Shown piece after piece: positions 50,066 through 60,227 of a DNA stretch of 64,000 bases. Below the pieces are notes generated by a model that had not been told where the DNA came from, ran no database searches, and was given only the letters and a program-made list of their open reading frames with translations. Numbering within the stretch: the stretch's first letter is position 1; each line of letters starts with the position of its first letter. A program made the position numbers and the translations under genes. The stretch is from Promethearchaeia archaeon. GTDB taxonomy: Archaea; Asgardarchaeota; Lokiarchaeia; Sigyniarchaeales; SOKP01. The stretch is taken from the NCBI GenBank assembly GCA_046483985.1, contig JAWOCD010000057.1, forward strand, positions 98,351 through 162,350, written 5' to 3'.

Positions 50066-51634
50066 TTATATCTGCTCTATTAGCATTCCGCCTAAAATAA
50101 TAGGGCCTCCCGTAGCATTATAAATCTTTTCCGCCTTTTTCAATTTAGCTTCACTTTCCGAATACATTGTGAAGATTTTATCTCCCTCTTCTACTTTAGA
50201 TCCTTGTTTTTCATAGAGTTCAACCCCCGATGGTTTAGAAAAGGGACAACCAAGCGTCTTTGCAATATCATTAATAATGGCATTATCTACCTCGGTAATG
50301 TAACCCGATTTTGAAGAGAAAAAATCCTTTTTATGAGGACCTAATTCTATATCTTCTGGCGTAATTGCTGGATCCCCGCCTTGAGCCTCAATAATTTCTT
50401 TCATTTTCTCGTATGCTTTTCCGGATTTTAAGATTTCTTTCGCAAGGGCTTGGCCAGATCCCTTCTGGGCTTTTCCTCCCATTTCTAAAAGTATACCCGC
50501 TAATCCAGTCGATTTTTCAATAAGCGAATTAGGACCTACAGAATAATCCATTAACAATTTTAAAGCCTCCTTTGCCTCAATTGCAGGTCCAACACAGTGA
50601 CCAATTGGTTGATGAGCTAATGTAGATGCACATTCTGCCTCAACACCAACACTACGGGCAATTTCTTTGAATAATAAAGCAAACTTTTTCCCTTCCTCAG
50701 GAGTAGGAAATTTTGTACCCTCTCCTACAGGTATATCAAGAACTAATTTCTTTACACCCATACTTTTCTTCTTACAAAGGATAGAAGGAATCATCAAACC
50801 CACCGGATCCATATGAAGCGGTCGTTCTACGCCAATTAAAACATTATCTGCAGGACTAATATCCAACGCTCCACCCCATACAATACAAGCTTTTACCTCA
50901 GAAACTAATTTTTTTATTTCTTCAGATTTAAAGGCAACGGGGGCAAGAACTTCCATGGAATCTGCCGTACCTGAAGGTGACGTTATCGCACGGGTTGATG
51001 TCTTCGGGATTGTTAATCCCGCCGCCGCTACGATTGGTACTATGATAAGTGAGACCTTATTTCCAGGCACTCCGCCCTTCAGCTATATTGAAGATGCTTC
51101 AATATATGTGCTGTGCTTATCATAGACATCGTATCCAAAATCAAAAACTTCTCCGGTTTTTGTTTCCGCCATCGTAAGAGAAGTCATCTCACTATTATTT
51201 AAGCCATTAATTTCAACTCCCGTGATAAAAGCTGCAAGATCAATATTTGATAAATGACCTAAAACTGCATCGTCAACAATACTATTAATCTCCTCGGCAC
51301 TTAAAACATTTCCTTTAATTTTCTTTTGAATAAATTTAAACGAATTTGGGGGATCTGCAGCTTTAACTGAGACATTTTCAATAAAATCGGTATTTGCTAT
51401 AGAACGTAAAGTATCAGAAAAAATTCCGATCTCTCCTTCAGAAATAAGATTACCAGAATAATCAATTCTGACAATTCCTACCCAATATTTCTTATCTATT
51501 GATTTAGTCTCCTTATTTTTTACAATAATCCGCTCTCCCGCTTTTTGACCTAATTTTTCGGCGTCCTTTGAATTTAGAACAACATCCTTTTGATTTCCAG
51601 TCTCAAAATCGATTTTTTTAACTGTTAATTTCAT
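50066..51634 (-). CDS. deoA: AMP phosphorylase (thymidine phosphorylase family), two exons: join 51634-51108 and 51077-50066, 512 aa
   Basis: Exon 1 ends DKHS-AC and exon 2 starts G-GGVPGNK...IPKTSTRAITSPSGTADSME. Joining them restores DKHSTGGVPGNK. Confidence 0.88.
51078..51107 (-). other. Candidate 30-nt bulge-helix-bulge (BHB) mRNA intron
   Basis: Minus strand: CAGC-AC^A-TATATTGAAG-CAT-CTTCAATATA-GCTG-AA^G. This gives a 4-bp helix, two 3-nt bulges, a perfect 10-bp intron stem and an in-frame TAG inside. Confidence 0.8.
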
Positions 51635-51757
51635 AATAATCTGAAATCTCTTTTTTTTATTAAACTATAATCATCTTTTTCTAATGTTTAACAAGGTATA
51701 AATAAAGAAATAAATGATATTTAAAATTTTATCGAAAAAACTTGTTGATTTTAAATT

Positions 51758-52582
51758 CTATTCATATGAATTTGGATCATCATCCACAACACTAAAATCC
51801 TCATTCAAATCATCTAATTGTCTCATATCTTCAGCGGTTAACTCGAAATCGAAAATTTCGGCATTTTCCTTAATATGCGATCTATTACTAGATTTAGGAA
51901 TTTCGATAATATTATGCTGCAGGCCCCACCGTAACATGATCTGAGCAGGATATTTATCATATTTTTTGGCAATAGACTGCAGAATGGGATTATCAAATTT
52001 TCGACCTCGTGCCAATGGACTATAGGCTTCTAATTGAATCTGATTATCAGCGCAAAATTCTAAAAGATCTTTATTATAGAGAAAAGGGGAAAATTCAAAT
52101 TGATTTATCGCCGGAACTGTTTCACTTTCTTTAAATAATTCTTGCAAGTGTCTAATCGTGAAATTGCTCACGCCTATTGCCCGAGTTTTACCCTCTTCGT
52201 AGAGTTTTTCTAACGCCTTCCAAGTATCTAATCGTTTTGACACGGGCCAGTGGATTAAATAAAGATCTATATAATCAGTTTGTAATTTTCGAAGACTTGA
52301 TTCAAACGCCTTGAGGGTGGAATTATATCCTTGGTCAGAATTCCAGACTTTCGTGGTAATGAAAATATCTTCTCTGGGAATTCCATATTCCTTCAGCGCT
52401 TTTCCGATTTGCCGTTCATTTCCGTAGATTGTGGCGGTATCGATCAATCGATATCCCGCATCTAAAGCCCACTTTACGGAATCTTGCACTTCTTTTCCGG
52501 TAAGCAACCATGTTCCCAATCCAAAAATTGGCATATCTACTCCATTATTTAATTCCCATTTTGACTCAATAGATAAGGTCAT
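51758..52582 (-). CDS. Aldo/keto reductase
   Basis: GLGTW, GYRLIDTA.IY, DLYLIHWP, IGVSNF and IPKS. Confidence 0.95.
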   Translation of the reverse strand: MTLSIESKWELNNGVDMPIFGLGTWLLTGKEVQDSVKWALDAGYRLIDTATIYGNERQIGKALKEYGIPREDIFITTKVWNSDQGYNSTLKAFESSLRKLQTDYIDLYLIHWPVSKRLDTWKALEKLYEEGKTRAIGVSNFTIRHLQELFKESETVPAINQFEFSPFLYNKDLLEFCADNQIQLEAYSPLARGRKFDNPILQSIAKKYDKYPAQIMLRWGLQHNIIEIPKSSNRSHIKENAEIFDFELTAEDMRQLDDLNEDFSVVDDDPNSYE

Positions 52583-52707
52583 ATTATTCTCTCTCTTTTT
52601 TTCTAAGTGTTATCTTTTGATTAATTATCTGAGCGAAAATAAATAAATTGAGATTATAATCTAAAAGCATTCTTTAAAATAAAGAAATATGAGAATAAGA
52701 AGGAGGG

Positions 52708-54024
52708 TCATAGATTGAGCGAAAACGGAAAAATCTCTGTATATTCGATAATATTTTGATCAGGGTCCTCAAATTTAATATCTAATTTAATTTCATAATC
52801 TCCCGAATCAATTGGGCGTATATTGAGCTGCCAGACCATTTCATCGTTTGAAGGAAGGGAATAAATTTGTTTTTTGGTAGTGCCGCGCATAATCCGTAAT
52901 TCTTCTGGGAATTCCACATTCATTTCCACATTCAGAGCATCTCCTTGGCTGTTATTTTCTATGGTGAATTCTAATGGAAAGGTTTTCCCGACTAACGGAG
53001 TTTTAAGAGTATCCATCGAGATATCCAAAGAAGGAGGGGGAGAAATTAATTTCGGGTGAATGGTCTTCGTTTTTAGAAAGAAAATAAACTTCTCATCAAT
53101 TTCGCAAGTTAATAACAAGGGTCCAATAAAAGGGGTGTCAATCTGAAAGTGTGGATTAACAATAAACTCAAATTCTTCTTTCTCTCCCGATTTAATGGTC
53201 TGCGGCATTTCTGGCTTTTTACCCGTGGTAAAATTATCAGAGACGGACACTCCAATATTTGAAATTTCGATCTTTTCTATCTCATAATTATGGAATTCAT
53301 AATCCGAAATAGCCAGTAAAGGAGTCGTATCAATCATTAAGTTCAACTTAATTTCATCGTTTGTGGTGTATTCATCCTTATCGAGCATTAATTTAGTTTT
53401 AAGAGTCACATGAGCTTTAGCGACAACTAAAACTTCTTTTATTAATTTCTCTTCTGCATTCCTAAATTTATATTTCTCAAAATTCTGTTCTACTTTATCG
53501 AGATATTTTTTATTTTTATCACGTATCGCGATGGTCAAGTTTTTAACTAAAAGGATAAGGGGATTTTCGTTAAAATATTCTGCATTTACCTTATTTTTTA
53601 CTTGCTTAATCATTGTTAGCCCTACATCTTGTTTTCCTTTAATAAATAGGCAGAAATAAGACAGAGAAGAGAAGAGAACATAATGAAAAAATCTATCCTC
53701 ATCTTTTCTCAGATGGGCTACATATTTCAAAGCATTCTTAAAGAATTCATTTGCCTCTTTATATTTATCAAGAAATAGACATGCATCTCCGCCTTTTCTG
53801 AGTGATTCAATAACATCATCATATCTTTCATTGTTCAAAAAAGCTTTCGCCGCTTTATAGTATGCCTCTTTTGCAACCTCAAATTCATGTAACTCATAAT
53901 AATTTTCCGCAGCGCTGGTAAAATATTTTCCCGCTTTCTTGAATTTGTCCGCTTTTAAATATAATTTACCTTTTCGTATGCCTTTTTCCGCTTCTTCTCG
54001 TGGATCCTTACTAAATAAGCCCAT
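52708..54024 (-). CDS. SNAP/TPR-like helical protein with C-terminal Ig-like domains
   Basis: Repeated A..Y..AA..F helices followed by beta-rich FPLEFTIEN...WQLNIRP...GDYEI domains. Confidence 0.65.
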   Translation of the reverse strand: MGLFSKDPREEAEKGIRKGKLYLKADKFKKAGKYFTSAAENYYELHEFEVAKEAYYKAAKAFLNNERYDDVIESLRKGGDACLFLDKYKEANEFFKNALKYVAHLRKDEDRFFHYVLFSSLSYFCLFIKGKQDVGLTMIKQVKNKVNAEYFNENPLILLVKNLTIAIRDKNKKYLDKVEQNFEKYKFRNAEEKLIKEVLVVAKAHVTLKTKLMLDKDEYTTNDEIKLNLMIDTTPLLAISDYEFHNYEIEKIEISNIGVSVSDNFTTGKKPEMPQTIKSGEKEEFEFIVNPHFQIDTPFIGPLLLTCEIDEKFIFFLKTKTIHPKLISPPPSLDISMDTLKTPLVGKTFPLEFTIENNSQGDALNVEMNVEFPEELRIMRGTTKKQIYSLPSNDEMVWQLNIRPIDSGDYEIKLDIKFEDPDQNIIEYTEIFPFSLNL

Positions 54025-54133
54025 AATAAAATCAAAACTAAATTGTTATAACTTTTTCAACAGCTTAATTCTTAGAATTAAGAGAGTAATTTAAAATTTT
54101 TAAAATATAAAAATAATGAAAAAAATAGGGAAT

Positions 54134-54201
54134 CCGAAAAGACCTCGCAAGGGTTTGTCATTTTGTGACTAGAATTTATTCACAAACTTCATCCATTTCG
54201 G
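54134..54201 (-). promoter_or_regulatory. Eukaryote-type SECIS element in the 3' UTR of hdrA-mvhD
   Basis: Minus strand: CCGAAA-tgg-ATGA-ag-TTTGTGA-ATAAATTCTAG-TCACAAA-a-TGAC-...-TTTCGG. It has an AUGA/GA core, an upper stem with an A-rich loop and a lower stem, starting 18 nt after the mvhD stop. Confidence 0.75.
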
Positions 54202-54218
54202 TTTATTTCTTTTTCTCT

Positions 54219-54668
54219 TTAAGAATCCTTACCCTTTTTCTTTTCTTCAGATAAAGACTCTTTCAGAGGGTTGCTGCCTAATTTTTCGATAATGTTCGAA
54301 ATTCGAGTAATTTCTCGTTGGAATCTTTGACCTTCCGCGGCGGAGCAATGAAACATCTGGACTCTGTCTGGAGAAATTCCCGTTGTTTTGAGAATCTCTC
54401 TAACATATTTTGTATTTCGCTCAGCAATATAATTTCCCGTTTCATAATCGCATTCTCCAGGATATCATCCCGCAATAGCAATGCCATCAGCACCTTTTCC
54501 AATAGCACGTAAAATTAAACTGGGAGTAACTCTGCCAGTACAATTAATTCGGATTGGTCTTAATGTGGTCGGGTACTGAGCTCGTATTGTTCCAGCCATA
54601 TCTCCAGCAGCGTAACCTCATTTCCAACACATAAAACCCAAGATTTTAAGATCTTCTTTTTCTGTCAT
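54219..54668 (-). CDS. mvhD: MvhD/VhuD [2Fe-2S] hydrogenase delta subunit, selenoprotein (149 aa; missed by the ORF track)
   Basis: MTEKEDLKILGFMCWK-UGA(54618-54620)-GYAAGD...INCTGRV...GADGIAIAG-UGA(54465-54467)-YPGECDY.TGN...CSAAEG...KDS-TAA. Confidence 0.93.
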
Positions 54669-54681
54669 ATACCTTACCTCT

Positions 54682-56643
54682 TTAAATTTCCTCCAAAATT
54701 GCATCAATTTGTTTTTCGTATTGTTCTTCTTCATAATATCGTAAAGTGATCGCTTCGGATGGACATTGAGCTAAGCATGATCCACAGCCTCGACATAGTA
54801 CTTCATTTACTTGCGCTCCACCTTTCTTTAATGTAATTGCGGTATAGGGGCAGTTCAGTTCACATAAGCCGCATTCTGCGCATTTTTCTTTATTGACTTT
54901 TGCTCGTATTAGTTTTATATCGTACGTGTCTTTTGACATTAGACGAGCTAAAGAGGAGGCGGCTGCTCGACCTTGAGAAATTGAATCGTTAATTGCCTTT
55001 GGACCTTGAGCAGCCCCCGCAAGAACTACTCCCGGTATTTTAGTATCAATAGGATTTAGGCGTGAATGAAATTCTTTGAAAAATCCATCTTGGCTTGTCT
55101 CCAATTTTAAGATATTCGCAAGCTCTTCAGTACCTTCAGAGGGAACCATTGCACATGAAAGGACAACTAACTCATACTCTTCTTCTCGCAATCCTTCAGC
55201 CGAGTCGAGAGTATTCTGCATAATAACTTTAAGATTATGTGTTTCTGGATCCTCTTCAATTTGTGAAATGTTAGTGCGAATATATCGAACTCCTTCCGTT
55301 CTCGATGCTGTAAAATACTCTTCATAGTCTTTTCCAGCTGCTCGAATATCTATATAAGCAACATCGATTTCCGTATCGGGGTAATGTTGTTTGATTAGTT
55401 TCGAGTTTTTAATAGTGACCATACAACACACTCCAGAGCTACAATAGGTTTTTTTATTGAGATCTCGGGAACCGACACACTGAATGAAAAGTATCTTTTT
55501 CGGACGTTTTCCATCCGAAGGGCGAACTAAGTGTCCCACAGTTGGTCCGTTAGGAGCGAGCATCCGTTCGAGTTTCATTTGAGTTAACACGTTAGGATAT
55601 TTATTAAAACCCAAATATCCAGTTTCAGGCTCGTATTCATCCCACCCAGTTGCCACGATGATGGAGCCGACCGTTAGATTCATAATTTCATCTTTTTGAT
55701 CGAAATCAAGTGCATCCAAATCGCATGCCTCTTCACAGAGACCGCATCGAATACAGCGATCTATATCTACTTGAGCAACCATCGGGACAGCTTGAGTAAA
55801 CGAAATATAGATAGCCTTTCGTGCATCCAATTTTTCATCAAATTCGTTATAACCATATGCAGGACAAACTTCCACACATGCACCACATCCATTACATTCA
55901 TCAGTTACATATCGAGCCTTCTTCCTCACTCGCACCATAAAATTTCCCACAAATCCATCTACATCCTCAACTTCACTATAGGTATGGATATGAAGTCCTT
56001 CTGTTCTGGAAGCTTCAAGCATAACTGGTCCAAGGATTCATATAGAACAGTCGTCTGTTGGAAATGTTCGATCCAACATAGCCATTTTCCCGCCAATCGT
56101 TGGTTTTTTTTCCACAAGATGGACTTCATACCCTTCGTTGGCTAAATCAATAGCAGCAGTTAATCCTGCTACGCCACCACCAATTACCAGAACCTTTTTT
56201 GTGATATCTACCTCTTTCACATCTACTTTGTCTAATAAAGCCGCTCGAGCAACTGCCGAGCGAATTGCGTCTTTAGCAACTCCTTGAGCACCTTCTCGAT
56301 TTTGTCTATGCACAAAACTCGCGTGTTCCCTAATATTTACGAATTCGAGATATGATGGATCTTTACCCATAGATTCAAGTACACTTTCAAATACAGGTTC
56401 GTGTGTCTTGGGTGTACATGCTGCAACAACTAATCGATTAGAATTTGAATCCTCCATATTTTCCTTAATGAATTCTGCACCTGCTTCCGTACATAAACTA
56501 ATGTAATCTTTTGCGTTAACAACATTTGGAAGTTCATTTGCAAATTCCGCAAGCGCTTTACAGTCAATAATTTCAGCGATATTAATTCCTCATTGACAGA
56601 CAGCAACAAATATCCGTATTTCCTCGTTATCAGAATCTACCAT
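54682..56643 (-). CDS. hdrA: Heterodisulfide reductase subunit A-like selenoprotein (653 aa)
   Basis: [20 protein letters not shown](56590-56592)-GINIA... and TDDCSI-UGA(56038-56040)-ILGPVMLE join the ORF-track pieces in one frame; FAD motif, four ferredoxin motifs and QCVGSR. Confidence 0.94.
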
Positions 56644-56992
56644 TGCATACCATTCCTTTGCTATCTTTTTTTACATAACACCTTTATTTTCTTTATAATT
56701 TACTTTAGGAAGAAAATATTTATTCTAATTTTAAAATAACTATTCCTAAACTATGAAATATAAAAATTAAATAATCAAAAACTTATTTTTAATAAAAAAT
56801 AACAAAATCCTTTTTTCATGTGAATTTGGATAAGATTCCAATTTATCTAAAAGGTTTAATCAACGAAATCTAAGTATTTATGGTTACTCAATCCAAATAC
56901 CATTCAGATAAAATAAAAACTTAAATAAGACTTATCTTATATTAATTATATTCTTTATACGAGTTCTTTATTATTCTACCTCTCTTCATAAA

Positions 56993-57406
56993 ATGATGTT
57001 TATGATACTTCAAATACAAATACGACTTTTTCCAGAGTTTATTTTAGGTATATTACTGCCCATCTTCTTGATCTCAGAGATTATTGTATTTAAAATTGGA
57101 TTATATCTTGTAAAAGCGGAAGAAAGAAAGAAGTTTAAATTTGTTATTGTAAGTTTTATAATTCAAATATTGGTCCTGGCTTTTATCAATTCTCCATTTA
57201 TCTTCATGGCATTAATGGGAGCTTATGAATCAGGCTCTCCTGACCTCTCAATGGCAATAATTTTCGTTTTATTTTCCGTATTTATCGAGATAAATATTAT
57301 TAATGCAATTCATAAGGTCGGCTTTAAAGCAGCAGTATTTATTTTTATGCTAATGTTGATTCCCGTATTTATATTTGGAGGGATAATTGGTTATCTATGG
57401 TTATAG
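56993..57406 (+). CDS. Small integral membrane protein (4 TM)
   Basis: Four hydrophobic segments. Confidence 0.7.
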   Translation: MMFMILQIQIRLFPEFILGILLPIFLISEIIVFKIGLYLVKAEERKKFKFVIVSFIIQILVLAFINSPFIFMALMGAYESGSPDLSMAIIFVLFSVFIEINIINAIHKVGFKAAVFIFMLMLIPVFIFGGIIGYLWL

Positions 57407-57448
57407 CATAACATAAAGTAAAGTCATAATTTCTCTAATTAAAAACAA

Positions 57449-58369
57449 TCAAAGGTCAATATATTGGTTAATACTTTTGTTCATACAAAGAATTTCTTCC
57501 CTCGCTGCTGAGTGAAACTGATCCGCACTATATTGCTTCTTATTTTGATATGCAAACATAATCCCTCTTGAGGAATTTACTAGAGCGCCCAATCCATTAG
57601 AATGAAATCCATACTTTACATCTTCAGCCCCCGCCCCTTGCGCTCCAAATCCAGGTAACAATAAAAATGAATGCGGTATAATTTCTCTTATCTGTTCCAG
57701 CACTTGCGGAAATGTTGCGCCCACAACTGCTCCTAAATTATGGTAATTATCAACTAATTCCATGGATTTTCCCCATTCTTTGACTAATTTTGCCATTTTC
57801 ACATAATTCCGCTCTAGGCGAACGGAGTGAGCATCATATCTTATAGTTTTTGCATTTACTTGTTTCATTTTAATACTGAAGAGATCTTGAAAATCCCTAC
57901 TGCTTGGATTTGAAGTTTTTACCAAAATGTAGATCCCTTTATTCTTATATTTTGTCAGATAGGGTTTAATACCATCAATCCCGAAATACGCATTTAAAGT
58001 ACAAGCGTCCGCTCCATATACTTCAAAAGTGGATTGAGCATAGGCAGCAGAAGTACTACCAATATCATTCCGTTTAGAATCAAGTAATACAAGCAAGTCG
58101 TGCTTATGAGCATATTTTATAGTTTGTTTTAAAGCGTCAAGCGCATCATACATCTCATAAAATGCAATCTGTGGTTTTATGATGGGAATTAAATCATAAA
58201 CCTCATCAATCAATCTCTTATTAAATTCTAGGATAATCGCATTCGGATCTTGATACTCTTCAATCAAGAAACGAGGGATCTGACCTTTTTTTTCCATGCG
58301 CGGGTCAAGTCCCATACAAACTGCGCTTTTTTTTTCTCGGATGGCAGTTATTAGATGTTTAATAAACAA
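57449..58369 (-). CDS. pyrF: Orotidine-5'-phosphate decarboxylase
   Basis: CMGLDP, KPQIAFYE, DSKRNDIGST, VKTSN, GAVVGAT, LLPGFGAQG and NSSR. Confidence 0.95.
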   Translation of the reverse strand: MFIKHLITAIREKKSAVCMGLDPRMEKKGQIPRFLIEEYQDPNAIILEFNKRLIDEVYDLIPIIKPQIAFYEMYDALDALKQTIKYAHKHDLLVLLDSKRNDIGSTSAAYAQSTFEVYGADACTLNAYFGIDGIKPYLTKYKNKGIYILVKTSNPSSRDFQDLFSIKMKQVNAKTIRYDAHSVRLERNYVKMAKLVKEWGKSMELVDNYHNLGAVVGATFPQVLEQIREIIPHSFLLLPGFGAQGAGAEDVKYGFHSNGLGALVNSSRGIMFAYQNKKQYSADQFHSAAREEILCMNKSINQYIDL

Positions 58370-58502
58370 AAAATTTTTTCACCTTAAGTTTGACTCTCAT
58401 TTCTTTGAAATATTAGCAAAGATATAATGTTTTTGACCGAAAAAAATTTATCTTGATTAAGATTTTGAATTTAGAGGTTAACAAATAGAGATGATTAGGG
58501 AT

Positions 58503-60125
58503 TTATGGTTTCGAATATTGAAGCGGAAATTTAATTATAAATTCTAACTTCTTTTTATTGAAATTAATATCAAATAATCCTCCATAATGCTGGATAATCA
58601 TTGCCGCATGAGAGATTCTCAAATAATACCCGTGATAAATCCACCTCTCGGTTATTTTTTTTGTTAATTTCAAACAAGCTTCCTTTGAGATTTTGGGGGG
58701 GTTTTCACATTTAATGCTAATAACTCTATTTTTTTTGGTAGTAGAACTGTCAACGGTAATTTTAGTTACCTTTTTTGAAGTTAGTAAAAACGAGAACAAA
58801 TTCTGAAATATTTTTTTAAGATTTTCATCAGAGAGGAGTAGCCATTTCAAGCGTTCGGGGGATTCGATGACGAATTCCGTTCTATCTTTAGATTTTTGCC
58901 GAAAGTTCTCAACTTCTTTCTCAATTACTGATAATACCTCCTGCCACTCGCATTCAGTTGGTTTTTCTTCTTGTAATAAATTCATAATCTCATCTACCTT
59001 TTCGGTAATTACGGACCCAAGCATAATATTTTTAATCGAATTATTGAGAAGGTTATGATCGAACTCTTTATTAATCTTATATTTCTTTTGGAGGAGTTCT
59101 AAATTTGACACTCCTTTTTGCAGGTAGTTAAAGAGAAAATGTGAAAGCATATTGTGGTACTTTTCTTCTTGAAATTTCATATCTTTTATCTTTGACTTTG
59201 ACGATTCCTCTCTTCTTTTTAATTCTCCCATGATAATTGCAATGAGATTAAAAAAAATAATGAAAAAAGTGATTTGGTCGTAAATGTTATTAATCTCGTA
59301 TAATGAAGGAAAAAATATCTCATGGGCAATTATGATACTAGATAGTGCAGAAATGGGTAACGATCCTTTTAAACCAAACCAATAGGCTGAAAAAATAACG
59401 GGAATTAGATACAAAATTAGATAGAATCTTGTATTTTCTCTCTTGTAGCTGCCAGAATAAACAGAAATAGTAATGATGATAAGAACCCCAATGAGTAATA
59501 TTATTTTAAATGCGTCAAGGACATTCCGAAAAGGCAAAATTGTTCCTTTATCTCTTATCCATTGAAGAGATTTCCTCTCTTTTCTGGGACGATCGGAGTT
59601 ATAGAAATGTTTTTGTAAAAGAATTATTCCGAGTATTATGATACTCAAATTCAGCATAATTTCTGCAATAAATCCAATATGGACTAGTATCAGGATTATC
59701 TCTTCAAATTGAATCAATCCAAAGATTCCGTAGAATATGAGGTTAAGGAAATGACCCAGAATAATAGCTAGTGAGCTCAGTTTAGAGTTTTTCTTATTTC
59801 CTAACACTCCCGCAACATATCCCATTATTCCATGGGGGATAATTGAAGCAAATTCAAATAACAGATTTGGAGCATTGAGAAAGAATTTAAAAAGACTACT
59901 TAATCCTGTTGCTAATAGACCGATAATGAGACCAGGAACCTCCCCTTGAAGATGTCCTCCAATCACTACAACAGTCATATAAATTGCGATGATAGCCCCT
60001 GGTATGAAAGGATTTAATAGATAGTTAGAAAAAAATGATATTATTAAATAGATAATTATTGTAATTCCTATTTGTATCCAACAAGAAATGCTTCTCAAAT
60101 AGTGTCTATTGGATTGAACTCTCAC
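58503..60125 (-). CDS. ECF S-component-like membrane sensor fused to a degenerate histidine kinase-like domain
   Basis: N-terminal TMs with NPFIPG and PHGIMG..AG, a second TM bundle, a HisKA-like SHFLFNYL, and a HATPase-like region (IFQNL) with eroded G boxes. Confidence 0.6.
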   Translation of the reverse strand: MRVQSNRHYLRSISCWIQIGITIIIYLIISFFSNYLLNPFIPGAIIAIYMTVVVIGGHLQGEVPGLIIGLLATGLSSLFKFFLNAPNLLFEFASIIPHGIMGYVAGVLGNKKNSKLSSLAIILGHFLNLIFYGIFGLIQFEEIILILVHIGFIAEIMLNLSIIILGIILLQKHFYNSDRPRKERKSLQWIRDKGTILPFRNVLDAFKIILLIGVLIIITISVYSGSYKRENTRFYLILYLIPVIFSAYWFGLKGSLPISALSSIIIAHEIFFPSLYEINNIYDQITFFIIFFNLIAIIMGELKRREESSKSKIKDMKFQEEKYHNMLSHFLFNYLQKGVSNLELLQKKYKINKEFDHNLLNNSIKNIMLGSVITEKVDEIMNLLQEEKPTECEWQEVLSVIEKEVENFRQKSKDRTEFVIESPERLKWLLLSDENLKKIFQNLFSFLLTSKKVTKITVDSSTTKKNRVISIKCENPPKISKEACLKLTKKITERWIYHGYYLRISHAAMIIQHYGGLFDINFNKKKLEFIIKFPLQYSKP

Positions 60126-60227
60126 ACATTAATTATAAGAGAATTATATTTATAAATCTAGTAATTTAGTAAAATACTCGTTAAGATAAGAATAGAGCAA
60201 TTCTAAATGATTCATTATGTGAGACAT

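Noticed and set aside
51083-51085. Pyrrolysine or readthrough of the in-frame TAG in the AMP phosphorylase gene
   Set aside because: Readthrough would insert 10 residues into the DKHSTGG active-site motif, whereas BHB splicing restores the motif exactly.
50066-51634. Two separate genes or a simple pseudogene, as the ORF track implies
   Set aside because: Both halves are in frame and otherwise intact, and the only lesion is a precise BHB-shaped insert.
54278-54512. Short ORF-track ORFs (76 aa and 64 aa)
   Set aside because: They are shadow frames of the UGA-containing mvhD.
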